Source: Escherichia coli
GTDB taxonomy: Bacteria > Pseudomonadota > Gammaproteobacteria > Enterobacterales > Enterobacteriaceae
Strand: one strand, 5' to 3'
Assembly: GCF_016903815.1 (NCBI RefSeq)
Contig: NZ_CP069973.1
DNA: 64,000 nucleotides
Shown: in pieces, positions 53,945 to 64,000 of the stretch
Layout of the letters: each line of letters starts with the position of its first letter
Numbering within the stretch: position 1 is the first letter of the stretch
Program-made: the position numbers and the translations under genes
Notes under the pieces: generated by a model
Seen by the model: only the letters and a program-made list of their open reading frames with translations
What the model was told of the DNA's origin: nothing
Database searches by the model: none

Positions 53945-54115
53945 AACGTTAAGCGGGAACCATGAGTTCCCGCTTGATTTGAGATGTCAGTCCGCATCTG
54001 AGCTAATACGCTTAAAGAGAATTCTGCCTTTTCGGGGACTCATCATTTAACTAATACCGGATGCGATGCTGGCTGAACTGCACCCCAAATGTTGGACATA
54101 ATCTGACATCTGAAG

Positions 54116-54646
54116 GTGCAGTTTATGAAACATTCATTTGAAGTAAAAATTGCCGCTGTAAATCATTACCTGGCCGGTCATGCAGGCATCATTTCTACGG
54201 CAAAACTCTTTCAACTTTCTCACACCAGCCTCTCACACTGGATTAATCTTTTTCTTCTTCACGGTCCTCAGGCACTGGATTGCAGACACAAGCGTAGCTA
54301 TTCTCCTGAAGATAAACTTTGCGTGGTTCTTTATGCTCTCGGGCATTCTGAGTCTCTACCCCGGGTAGCTGCCCGGTTTAACATTCCCAGCCACAACACG
54401 GTTAAAAACTGGATAAAAGGCTACCGCAAATCTGGTAATGAGGCCTTTATCAGGCGCAGGAAGGAGAAAAGCATGACCCGTTCTGATGATACCCATGAAA
54501 ACGAGGCAAACATGACGCCGGAAGAGATGAAGAATGAGCTGCGTTATCTTCGCGCAGAAAATGCATATCTGAAAGCCATGCAGGAGCATCTCCTGGAAAA
54601 AAAGCGCCAGGAGCTGGAGAAAAAACGAAAGTCATCCGGAGCCTGA
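54116..54646 (+). CDS. IS3-family transposase OrfA (HTH/leucine-zipper part), 176 aa
   Basis: ORF track 176 aa MQFMKHSFEVKIAAVNHYLAGH...; ends just after an A-rich slippery run near 54621. Confidence 0.8.
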   Translation: MQFMKHSFEVKIAAVNHYLAGHAGIISTAKLFQLSHTSLSHWINLFLLHGPQALDCRHKRSYSPEDKLCVVLYALGHSESLPRVAARFNIPSHNTVKNWIKGYRKSGNEAFIRRRKEKSMTRSDDTHENEANMTPEEMKNELRYLRAENAYLKAMQEHLLEKKRQELEKKRKSSGA

Positions 54647-54750
54647 GGTGCGGACACTGCCAGTCTGACCTGTTAAAGGCTGCAGGGCTGGCCAGAAGCA
54701 CGCTGTACTACCAGCTGTCACTGCAGAAGGCTAAGGACAAGTATGCTGAT

Positions 54751-55506
<756 letters not shown>

Positions 55507-55533
55507 GGCGCGCCGCATCCGGCATTTTACGCA

Positions 55534-57201
55534 TTACTTCGCAATACGCTTGTACTTGATACGCTTCGGCTCCAGCGCGTCTGCGCCCAGCGTGCGTTTC
55601 TTGTACTCTTCGTACTCGGTAAAGTTACCTTCGAAGAACTCAACTTTACCTTCATCCTGGTAATCCAGGATGTGCGTGGCGATACGGTCGAGGAACCAAC
55701 GGTCGTGCGAGATAACCATCGCACAGCCCGGGAACTCCAGCAGGGCGTTTTCCAGCGCGCGCAGGGTTTCGATATCCAGGTCGTTGGTTGGTTCGTCGAG
55801 CAGCAGCATGTTGCCGCCAACTTGCAGCAGCTTCGCCAGATGCAGACGACCGCGCTCACCGCCGGAGAGTTCACCAACGCGTTTACCCTGATCAACCCCT
55901 TTAAAGTTAAAGCGGCCAACGTAGGCGCGGCTTGGCATCTCGGTGTTGCCGATTTTCATGATATCCAGCCCGCCGGAAACTTCTTCCCAAACGGTTTTGC
56001 TGTTATCCATTGAATCACGGAACTGATCAACCGATGCCAGTTTCACCGTTTCACCCAAAGTGATGGTGCCGCTGTCCGGCTGTTCCTGACCGGAGATCAT
56101 ACGGAACAGGGTCGATTTACCCGCACCGTTCGGACCGATGATCCCGACGATCGCCCCTTTCGGGATCGAGAAACTCAGATCATCAATCAGCAGACGATCG
56201 CCATAGGATTTACGCAGATTGCTGACTTCCAGCACTTTGTCGCCCAGACGCGGTCCAGGTGGAATAAACAGTTCGTTGGTTTCGTTACGTTTCTGATATT
56301 CGGTGCTGTTCAGCTCTTCAAAGCGTGCCAGACGTGCTTTACCTTTCGACTGACGGCCTTTAGTCCCCTGACGTACCCACTCCAGCTCTTTCTCGATCGA
56401 CTTACGACGCGCCGCTTCTTGTGAAGCTTCCTGCGCCAGGCGCTGATCTTTCTGCTCCAGCCAAGAGGAGTAGTTACCTTCCCACGGAATACCTTCACCG
56501 CGGTCCAGTTCGAGGATCCAGCCCGCCACGTTATCGAGGAAGTAACGGTCGTGGGTAATCGCCACAACGGTGCCTTCGAAGTCGTGCAGGAAGCGTTCCA
56601 GCCAGGCCACGGATTCGGCATCCAGGTGGTTGGTCGGTTCGTCGAGCAGCAGCATGTCTGGTTTTTCCAGCAGCAGGCGGCACAACGCTACGCGACGACG
56701 CTCACCACCGGAGAGGTTAGCGATTTTCGCGTCCCAGTCCGGCAGACGCAGCGCATCCGCCGCACGCTCCAGCTGAACGTTCAGGTTGTGACCGTCGTGA
56801 GCCTGAATGATCTCTTCCAGACGGCCTTGTTCAGCGGCCAGCTTGTCAAAATCGGCATCCGGATCGGCGTACAGCGCATACACTTCATCCAGGCGTTTCA
56901 GGGCGTTAACCACTTCAGAAACCGCTTCTTCAATGGACTCACGCACGGTGTGTTCCGGGTTCAGCTGCGGTTCCTGCGGCAGATAACCAATCTTGATATC
57001 CGGTTGCGGACGCGCTTCGCCTTCGATGTCTTTATCAATGCCCGCCATAATGCGCAGCAGGGTGGACTTACCCGCGCCGTTCAGACCCAGGACACCAATT
57101 TTTGCCCCAGGGAAGAAACTCAGAGAGATGTTTTTCAAAATATGACGTTTCGGCGGAACAACTTTGCCGACACGATGCATGGTATAAACGAATTGAGCCA
57201 C
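55534..57201 (-). CDS. ettA: Energy-dependent translational throttle EttA (YjjK), ABC-F ATPase, 555 aa
   Basis: ORF track 555 aa with two ABC cassettes (GLNGAGKST, GPNGAGKST). Confidence 0.9.
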   Translation of the reverse strand: MAQFVYTMHRVGKVVPPKRHILKNISLSFFPGAKIGVLGLNGAGKSTLLRIMAGIDKDIEGEARPQPDIKIGYLPQEPQLNPEHTVRESIEEAVSEVVNALKRLDEVYALYADPDADFDKLAAEQGRLEEIIQAHDGHNLNVQLERAADALRLPDWDAKIANLSGGERRRVALCRLLLEKPDMLLLDEPTNHLDAESVAWLERFLHDFEGTVVAITHDRYFLDNVAGWILELDRGEGIPWEGNYSSWLEQKDQRLAQEASQEAARRKSIEKELEWVRQGTKGRQSKGKARLARFEELNSTEYQKRNETNELFIPPGPRLGDKVLEVSNLRKSYGDRLLIDDLSFSIPKGAIVGIIGPNGAGKSTLFRMISGQEQPDSGTITLGETVKLASVDQFRDSMDNSKTVWEEVSGGLDIMKIGNTEMPSRAYVGRFNFKGVDQGKRVGELSGGERGRLHLAKLLQVGGNMLLLDEPTNDLDIETLRALENALLEFPGCAMVISHDRWFLDRIATHILDYQDEGKVEFFEGNFTEYEEYKKRTLGADALEPKRIKYKRIAK

Positions 57202-57411
57202 GTTGGACTTCGCCTCTATGTTTATCGTGATGATGAGTTTTCAAAGGCGAAGTGTAGCCTTTTTCCCCGCCTAATCCCAGCCGGTCGATCACCCTCGCAG
57301 TAAAAGTAAAAAAGTGTCCGTAACGTGGCGTAAACGGCAATGACTGGTTAGCATAAATCTATTACGCGGCATGACGCTGCATTGATGTATTTACACTTAG
57401 AGGATGCGCTT

Positions 57412-59349
57412 GTGGAAAAAGCCAAACAAGTTACCTGGCGGCTGTTGGCTGCCGGTGTCTGTCTGCTGACGGTCAGCAGCGTGGCGCGAGCCGACTCACT
57501 GGATGAGCAGCGTAGCCGCTACGCCCAAATCAAGCAGGCCTGGGATAATCGACAAATGGATGTGGTCGAACAAATGATGCCTGGACTGAAGGATTATCCG
57601 CTTTATCCCTACCTGGAATACCGTCAGATCACCGATGACCTGATGAATCAACCGGTGGTGACGGTCACTAACTTTGTTCGCGCTAACCCCACGCTTCCTC
57701 CCGCTCGCACGCTGCAATCTCGTTTCGTCAATGAACTGGCGCGGCGTGAAGACTGGCGTGGCTTGTTAGCCTTTAGCCCGGAAAAGCCCGGAACTACCGA
57801 AGCGCAATGTAATTACTACTATGCGAAATGGAACACCGGGCAGAGTGAAGAAGCCTGGCAAGGGGCGAAAGAGCTGTGGCTAACCGGCAAGAGCCAGCCT
57901 AACGCCTGTGACAAGTTATTTAGCGTCTGGCGTGCGTCAGGTAAACAAGATCCGCTGGCGTATTTAGAGCGTATCCGTCTGGCGATGAAAGCGGGTAACA
58001 CTGGCCTGGTAACAGTGCTGGCAGGGCAGATGCCTGCCGATTACCAGACTATCGCTTCGGCAATCATTTCACTGGCGAACAACCCTAATACGGTACTGAC
58101 CTTCGCGCGTACAACCGGAGCGACCGATTTTACCCGTCAAATGGCGGCGGTGGCGTTTGCCAGTGTGGCGCGGCAGGATGCTGAAAATGCACGGCTGATG
58201 ATCCCGTCGCTTGCCCAGGCGCAGCAGCTTAATGAAGATCAGATTCAGGAGCTGCGCGATATCGTCGCCTGGCGTTTGATGGGCAATGATGTCACCGATG
58301 AGCAGGCGAAATGGCGCGATGACGCCATTATGCGTTCGCAATCTACTTCGCTTATTGAACGGCGCGTGCGAATGGCGCTTGGCACCGGCGATCGTCGCGG
58401 CCTGAATACCTGGCTGGCGCGTTTGCCGATGGAGGCGAAAGAGAAAGATGAATGGCGTTACTGGCAGGCGGATTTACTGCTGGAACGCGGACGTGAAGCT
58501 GAAGCAAAAGAGATTTTGCATCAACTCATGCAACAGCGTGGTTTCTACCCGATGGTTGCAGCACAACGCATCGGCGAAGAGTATGAGCTGAAGATTGATA
58601 AAGCGCCGCAGAATGTTGACAGCGCCCTGATTCAGGGGCCGGAGATGGCGCGCGTGCGCGAGTTGATGTACTGGAATCTCGATAACACCGCGCGTAGCGA
58701 GTGGGCCAATCTGGTGAAGAGCAAGTCTAAAACAGAGCAAGCTCAACTGGCGCGGTATGCTTTCAACAACCAATGGTGGGATCTTAGCGTTCAGGCAACG
58801 ATCGCCGGGAAGCTGTGGGATCATCTGGAAGAACGATTCCCGCTGGCCTACAACGATCTTTTCAAACGTTACACCAGTGGGAAGGAGATCCCGCAAAGCT
58901 ATGCGATGGCGATTGCCCGTCAGGAGAGTGCCTGGAATCCGAAAGTGAAATCGCCGGTAGGGGCCAGCGGCCTGATGCAGATTATGCCGGGCACGGCGAC
59001 CCATACGGTGAAGATGTTCTCTATTCCTGGTTATAGCAGCCCAGGACAATTGCTGGATCCGGAAACGAACATCAACATTGGCACCAGTTACCTGCAATAT
59101 GTTTATCAGCAGTTTGGTAATAACCGTATTTTCTCCTCAGCAGCTTATAACGCCGGACCAGGGCGGGTGCGAACCTGGCTTGGCAACAGCGCCGGGCGTA
59201 TCGACGCAGTGGCATTTGTCGAGAGTATTCCGTTCTCCGAGACGCGCGGTTATGTGAAGAACGTGCTGGCTTATGACGCTTACTACCGCTATTTCATGGG
59301 GGATAAACCGACATTGATGAGCGCCACGGAATGGGGACGTCGTTACTGA
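57412..59349 (+). CDS. slt: Soluble lytic murein transglycosylase Slt70 (about 645 aa, GTG start)
   Basis: ORF track 655 aa; GTG at 57412 gives (M)EKAKQVTWRLLAAGVCLLTVSSVARA signal peptide; C-terminal lysozyme-like domain. Confidence 0.88.
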   Translation: MEKAKQVTWRLLAAGVCLLTVSSVARADSLDEQRSRYAQIKQAWDNRQMDVVEQMMPGLKDYPLYPYLEYRQITDDLMNQPVVTVTNFVRANPTLPPARTLQSRFVNELARREDWRGLLAFSPEKPGTTEAQCNYYYAKWNTGQSEEAWQGAKELWLTGKSQPNACDKLFSVWRASGKQDPLAYLERIRLAMKAGNTGLVTVLAGQMPADYQTIASAIISLANNPNTVLTFARTTGATDFTRQMAAVAFASVARQDAENARLMIPSLAQAQQLNEDQIQELRDIVAWRLMGNDVTDEQAKWRDDAIMRSQSTSLIERRVRMALGTGDRRGLNTWLARLPMEAKEKDEWRYWQADLLLERGREAEAKEILHQLMQQRGFYPMVAAQRIGEEYELKIDKAPQNVDSALIQGPEMARVRELMYWNLDNTARSEWANLVKSKSKTEQAQLARYAFNNQWWDLSVQATIAGKLWDHLEERFPLAYNDLFKRYTSGKEIPQSYAMAIARQESAWNPKVKSPVGASGLMQIMPGTATHTVKMFSIPGYSSPGQLLDPETNINIGTSYLQYVYQQFGNNRIFSSAAYNAGPGRVRTWLGNSAGRIDAVAFVESIPFSETRGYVKNVLAYDAYYRYFMGDKPTLMSATEWGRRY

Positions 59350-59373
59350 TCCGCACGTTTATGATATGCTATC

Positions 59374-59394
59374 GTACTCTTTAGCGAGTACAAC
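59374..59394. promoter_or_regulatory. TrpR operator in the trpR promoter (autoregulation)
   Basis: cgtactctttagcgagtacaa, inverted GTAC...GTAC arms matching the TrpR operator pattern. Confidence 0.65.
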
Positions 59395-59423
59395 CGGGGG
59401 AGGCATTTTGCTTCCCCCGCTAA

Positions 59424-60286
<863 letters not shown>

Positions 60287-60325
60287 TCAGAAAATTAACG
60301 TTACAGCAGTATACGGAAAAAAAGC

Positions 60326-60973
60326 ATGTTACAGGTATACCTAGTCCGCCACGGTGAAACGCAGTGGAACGCCGAGCGACGTATTCAGGGCCAGTCTGAC
60401 AGCCCGCTGACCGCCAAAGGTGAGCAACAGGCGATGCAGGTGGCAACCCGTGCCAAAGAGCTTGGCATTACGCATATCATCAGTAGCGATTTAGGACGCA
60501 CCCGGCGTACGGCGGAAATCATCGCCCAGGCCTGCGGCTGTGACATCATCTTTGATTCTCGCCTGCGTGAATTAAACATGGGTGTGCTGGAAAAAAGACA
60601 TATCGATTCTCTGACCGAAGAAGAAGAGAACTGGCGTCGGCAGCTGGTCAATGGCACCGTTGACGGGCGTATTCCTGAAGGCGAGTCAATGCAGGAGCTC
60701 AGCGATCGCGTCAATGCGGCACTGGAATCTTGCCGGGACTTACCGCAGGGAAGCCGACCGCTGCTGGTGAGCCACGGTATTGCACTGGGATGCCTGGTGA
60801 GTACGATTCTCGGATTACCAGCATGGGCAGAGCGTCGCTTACGTCTGCGTAACTGTTCTATTTCGCGCGTGGATTATCAGGAAAGCCTGTGGCTGGCGTC
60901 TGGTTGGGGCGTTGAAACCGCAGGGGACATCTCGCATCTGGACGCCCCTGCATTAGATGAGCTGCAGCGTTAA
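60326..60973 (+). CDS. gpmB: Histidine-phosphatase-family protein GpmB (YtjC), 215 aa
   Basis: ORF track 215 aa with RHGETQWN catalytic motif. Confidence 0.88.
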   Translation: MLQVYLVRHGETQWNAERRIQGQSDSPLTAKGEQQAMQVATRAKELGITHIISSDLGRTRRTAEIIAQACGCDIIFDSRLRELNMGVLEKRHIDSLTEEEENWRRQLVNGTVDGRIPEGESMQELSDRVNAALESCRDLPQGSRPLLVSHGIALGCLVSTILGLPAWAERRLRLRNCSISRVDYQESLWLASGWGVETAGDISHLDAPALDELQR

Positions 60974-61839
60974 CGACGGATCGGAATCAGCAGTTCACAG
61001 CGCAGATTAATTGGGCGATCTCCCGCTTTGGCATCTTCTGCCGGGTAGTATCGCTCAATATCCTGACCTTTACGGCGCGTCAGGTTGAGCATTGGCATAC
61101 ACGTTCCGTATACCGTCAGGATAAACTCCTGCACGCCGGTTCCCAGACCTTCATAGGTAAACATCACATATTCGCCGCCCTGCAGCATCACCGGATGCCC
61201 CGTCAGTACATAGCCATCTGCCTGATCCTGGGCTAACGCGGTGGTATAGAATACTTCTTGTTCGTCGTCTTTATCCTGACTCGGACGCGTTTCATTCAGG
61301 CCGTAGAGCACCGGCGGAATGGTCGGCGCGTTGCCGAGAAAATCGTGCCAGAACTGATAACGCATTTCATGGCGGAAATCAGAGATTTGCTCCAGCGAAC
61401 AGGAGTAGCTCTGGGTAACACCAATCAGCGGCGTATCTTCCAGGGTGACAAATTTGTGCTCTGGCATAGTGAATTCACCCAGACGTAGCGGCGGGCGAAT
61501 ACCAAAGGCGCTCCATTCAGGAGAACGGCGGTAAAGTGCAGGAGTCTGGGCAAACTGCTTCTTGAATGCGCGGGTAAATGTCTGTTGAGAGTCGAAGCGG
61601 TATTGCAGCGCGATGTCCAGAATCGGACGCGCAGTCAGGCGTAGTGCGACCGCCGATTTCGACAAACGACGAGCACGAATATACGCGCCAATAGCATGGC
61701 CAGTGACATCTTTAAACATTCTCTGTAAGTGCCACTTGGAATAACCTGCTTTCGCCGCTACATTGTCGAGCGACAGGGGCTGATCCAGATGACCTTCCAG
61801 CCAGATTAAAAGGTCGCGAATAATGCCGGCCTGATCCAT
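60970..61839 (-). CDS. rob: AraC/XylS-family right origin-binding protein Rob (289 aa)
   Basis: ORF track 289 aa MDQAGIIRDLLIWLEGHLDQPLSLDNVAAKAGYSKWHLQRMF. Confidence 0.9.
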   Translation of the reverse strand: MDQAGIIRDLLIWLEGHLDQPLSLDNVAAKAGYSKWHLQRMFKDVTGHAIGAYIRARRLSKSAVALRLTARPILDIALQYRFDSQQTFTRAFKKQFAQTPALYRRSPEWSAFGIRPPLRLGEFTMPEHKFVTLEDTPLIGVTQSYSCSLEQISDFRHEMRYQFWHDFLGNAPTIPPVLYGLNETRPSQDKDDEQEVFYTTALAQDQADGYVLTGHPVMLQGGEYVMFTYEGLGTGVQEFILTVYGTCMPMLNLTRRKGQDIERYYPAEDAKAGDRPINLRCELLIPIRR

Positions 61840-62049
61840 AAAATATCCTCATCCTTTCAACAACGAGCACCTGACATCAGGTAATTGGATAATAGCATTT
61901 TTTGCTGTTTTAGCATTCAGTGTTTTTTTCTTAGTAGAGTATGTTTTAGGACTTGACGGAAATAAAAGTATTGAGATTTTGTTCTTAATCAATATGTTAT
62001 TTACCGTGACGAACTAATTGCTCGTGTAATAGATAAAAATGGTAACAAT

Positions 62050-62523
62050 ATGAAATACAAGCATTTGATCCTGTCTTTAAGCCTGATAATGCTGGGGCCA
62101 TTGGCTCATGCAGAAGAGATTGGTTCGGTCGACACCGTATTTAAAATGATCGGCCCGGATCACAAAATTGTTGTGGAAGCCTTTGACGATCCCGATGTGA
62201 AAAATGTCACCTGTTATGTGAGCCGGGCGAAAACCGGTGGTATTAAAGGGGGATTGGGCCTGGCAGAAGATACCTCCGATGCGGCCATTTCTTGTCAGCA
62301 AGTCGGGCCGATTGAACTGTCGGATCGTATTAAAAACGGCAAAGCTCAGGGCGAGGTAGTATTCAAAAAACGCACGTCCCTGGTCTTTAAGTCGTTACAG
62401 GTCGTGCGCTTTTATGATGCCAAACGCAACGCGCTCGCTTATCTGGCTTACTCCGACAAAGTTGTAGAAGGTTCGCCGAAAAACGCGATTAGCGCGGTTC
62501 CTGTCATGCCGTGGCGGCAATAA
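62050..62523 (+). CDS. creA: CreA periplasmic protein (157 aa)
   Basis: ORF track 157 aa with signal peptide; first gene of creABC. Confidence 0.85.
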
Positions 62524-62535
62524 CAGAGGCGATTT

Positions 62536-63225
62536 ATGCAACGGGAAACGGTCTGGTTAGTGGAAGATGAGCAAGGGATAGCCGACACGCTGGTCTACAT
62601 GTTGCAGCAGGAAGGTTTTGCCGTCGAGGTCTTTGAGCGAGGCTTGCCGGTGCTGGATAAAGCTCGCCAGCAGGTACCCGACGTCATGATTCTCGATGTT
62701 GGTCTGCCGGATATTAGCGGCTTTGAATTGTGCCGCCAGTTACTGGCGCTCCATCCGGCGTTACCTGTACTGTTCCTGACGGCCCGAAGTGAAGAGGTCG
62801 ATCGCCTGCTTGGGCTGGAAATTGGCGCTGACGACTATGTGGCTAAACCGTTTTCACCCCGCGAAGTGTGCGCCAGGGTGCGCACCTTACTGCGTCGGGT
62901 GAAGAAGTTCTCGACGCCGTCTCCCGTCATCCGTATTGGACATTTTGAATTGAATGAACCCGCGGCGCAGATCAGCTGGTTTGACACGCCATTAACGCTG
63001 ACGCGGTATGAGTTTTTATTGCTGAAGACGTTACTCAAGTCGCCAGGCCGCGTCTGGTCCCGCCAGCAACTGATGGATAGCGTGTGGGAAGATGCGCAGG
63101 ACACATACGATCGCACCGTCGATACCCACATTAAAACGTTGCGTGCCAAGCTGCGCGCCATCAACCCCGATCTTTCACCGATTAATACTCATCGCGGCAT
63201 GGGATATAGCCTGAGGGGCCTGTAA
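62536..63225 (+). CDS. creB: Two-component response regulator CreB (229 aa)
   Basis: ORF track 229 aa, receiver domain plus OmpR-type winged helix. Confidence 0.9.
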   Translation: MQRETVWLVEDEQGIADTLVYMLQQEGFAVEVFERGLPVLDKARQQVPDVMILDVGLPDISGFELCRQLLALHPALPVLFLTARSEEVDRLLGLEIGADDYVAKPFSPREVCARVRTLLRRVKKFSTPSPVIRIGHFELNEPAAQISWFDTPLTLTRYEFLLLKTLLKSPGRVWSRQQLMDSVWEDAQDTYDRTVDTHIKTLRAKLRAINPDLSPINTHRGMGYSLRGL

Positions 63226-64000
63226 TGCGTATCGGCATGCGGTTGCTGCTGGGCTATTTTTTACTGGTGGCGGTGGCAGCCTGGTTCGTACTGGCCATTT
63301 TTGTCAAAGAAGTTAAACCGGGCGTGCGAAGAGCAACGGAGGGGACGTTGATCGACACCGCAACGTTGCTGGCAGAGCTGGCGCGTCCCGATTTGCTCTC
63401 TGGGGACCCAACGCATGGGCAACTGGCGCAGGCGTTTAATCAGCTACAGCATCGCCCGTTTCGCGCCAATATCGGTGGCATTAACAAAGTGCGCAATGAA
63501 TATCATGTCTATATGACCGATGCGCAGGGCAAAGTATTGTTCGATTCGGCAAATAAAGCCGTTGGACAGGATTATTCGCGCTGGAATGACGTCTGGCTAA
63601 CGTTGCGTGGTCAGTATGGTGCGCGCAGCACGTTGCAAAATCCTGCCGATCCCGAAAGTTCTGTGATGTATGTTGCCGCGCCGATTATGGACGGCTCGCG
63701 GCTTATTGGCGTTTTGAGCGTAGGCAAACCGAACGCGGCGATGGCTCCGGTCATTAAGCGCAGCGAGCGGCGAATTTTATGGGCCAGCGCCATTTTGTTG
63801 GGGATTGCACTGGTGATTGGCGCAGGCATGGTTTGGTGGATCAACCGCTCCATTGCCCGGCTCACTCGCTATGCTGATTCCGTCACTGACAATAAGCCCG
63901 TTCCTCTTCCTGAACTCGGCAGTAGCGAACTGCGTAAGCTTGCGCAGGCGCTGGAAAGTATGCGCGTGAAGCTGGAGGGGAAAAACTATATTGAGCAATA
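63225..64000 (+). CDS. creC: Sensor histidine kinase CreC, 5' part only (gene continues beyond the window end)
   Basis: ATG at 63225 overlaps the creB stop; translation MRIGMRLLLGYFLLVAVAAWFVLAIF... is open to the window edge, so absent from the ORF track. Confidence 0.8.
   Translation, partial: MRIGMRLLLGYFLLVAVAAWFVLAIFVKEVKPGVRRATEGTLIDTATLLAELARPDLLSGDPTHGQLAQAFNQLQHRPFRANIGGINKVRNEYHVYMTDAQGKVLFDSANKAVGQDYSRWNDVWLTLRGQYGARSTLQNPADPESSVMYVAAPIMDGSRLIGVLSVGKPNAAMAPVIKRSERRILWASAILLGIALVIGAGMVWWINRSIARLTRYADSVTDNKPVPLPELGSSELRKLAQALESMRVKLEGKNYIEQ

Noticed and set aside
54643-54750. Treating the IS orfB as beginning at the first ATG (54751) as a separate gene
   Set aside because: The orfB frame is open and transposase-like from about 54601 and overlaps the orfA end at an A-rich slippery run; IS3 elements express OrfAB by -1 frameshifting, so the first-ATG coordinate is a track artefact (kept in the feature list with that caveat)

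Overview
The window reads as an Escherichia coli-type chromosomal segment, collinear with the K-12 map from the hsdSMR-mrr restriction cluster to creABC. Gene identities were assigned by reading the supplied six-frame translations against remembered protein families and E. coli gene order; no database search was run, so names are recognitions, not hits. About 60 coding genes, three tandem tRNA-Leu(CAG) genes, REP elements, one IS3-family insertion sequence and several textbook regulatory sites (CRP, Fur, DeoR, TrpR) are supported. Three places break the K-12 order as I recall it and are the main candidates for something undescribed: (1) a roughly 4 kb cassette between nadR and ettA with a divergent LysR regulator, an aldo-keto reductase, a short-chain dehydrogenase, a small SRPBCC protein, a small DUF1471 secreted protein and a truncated Old-Yellow-Enzyme remnant, bordered by an IS inserted in a REP palindrome; (2) a TRAP transporter operon plus an NhaP-type Na+/H+ antiporter where K-12 has the MFS transporter lgoT, next to lgoR-lgoD; (3) a free-standing 87-aa HTH gene downstream of lplA where K-12 has the HipA-like kinase yjjJ. 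Smaller observations are a 9-bp in-frame expansion of the tsr poly-Gln tract, an hsdS N-terminal domain that differs from EcoKI as I recall it, and a one-base variant in the middle tRNA-Leu copy. No CRISPR array, rRNA or prophage was seen.
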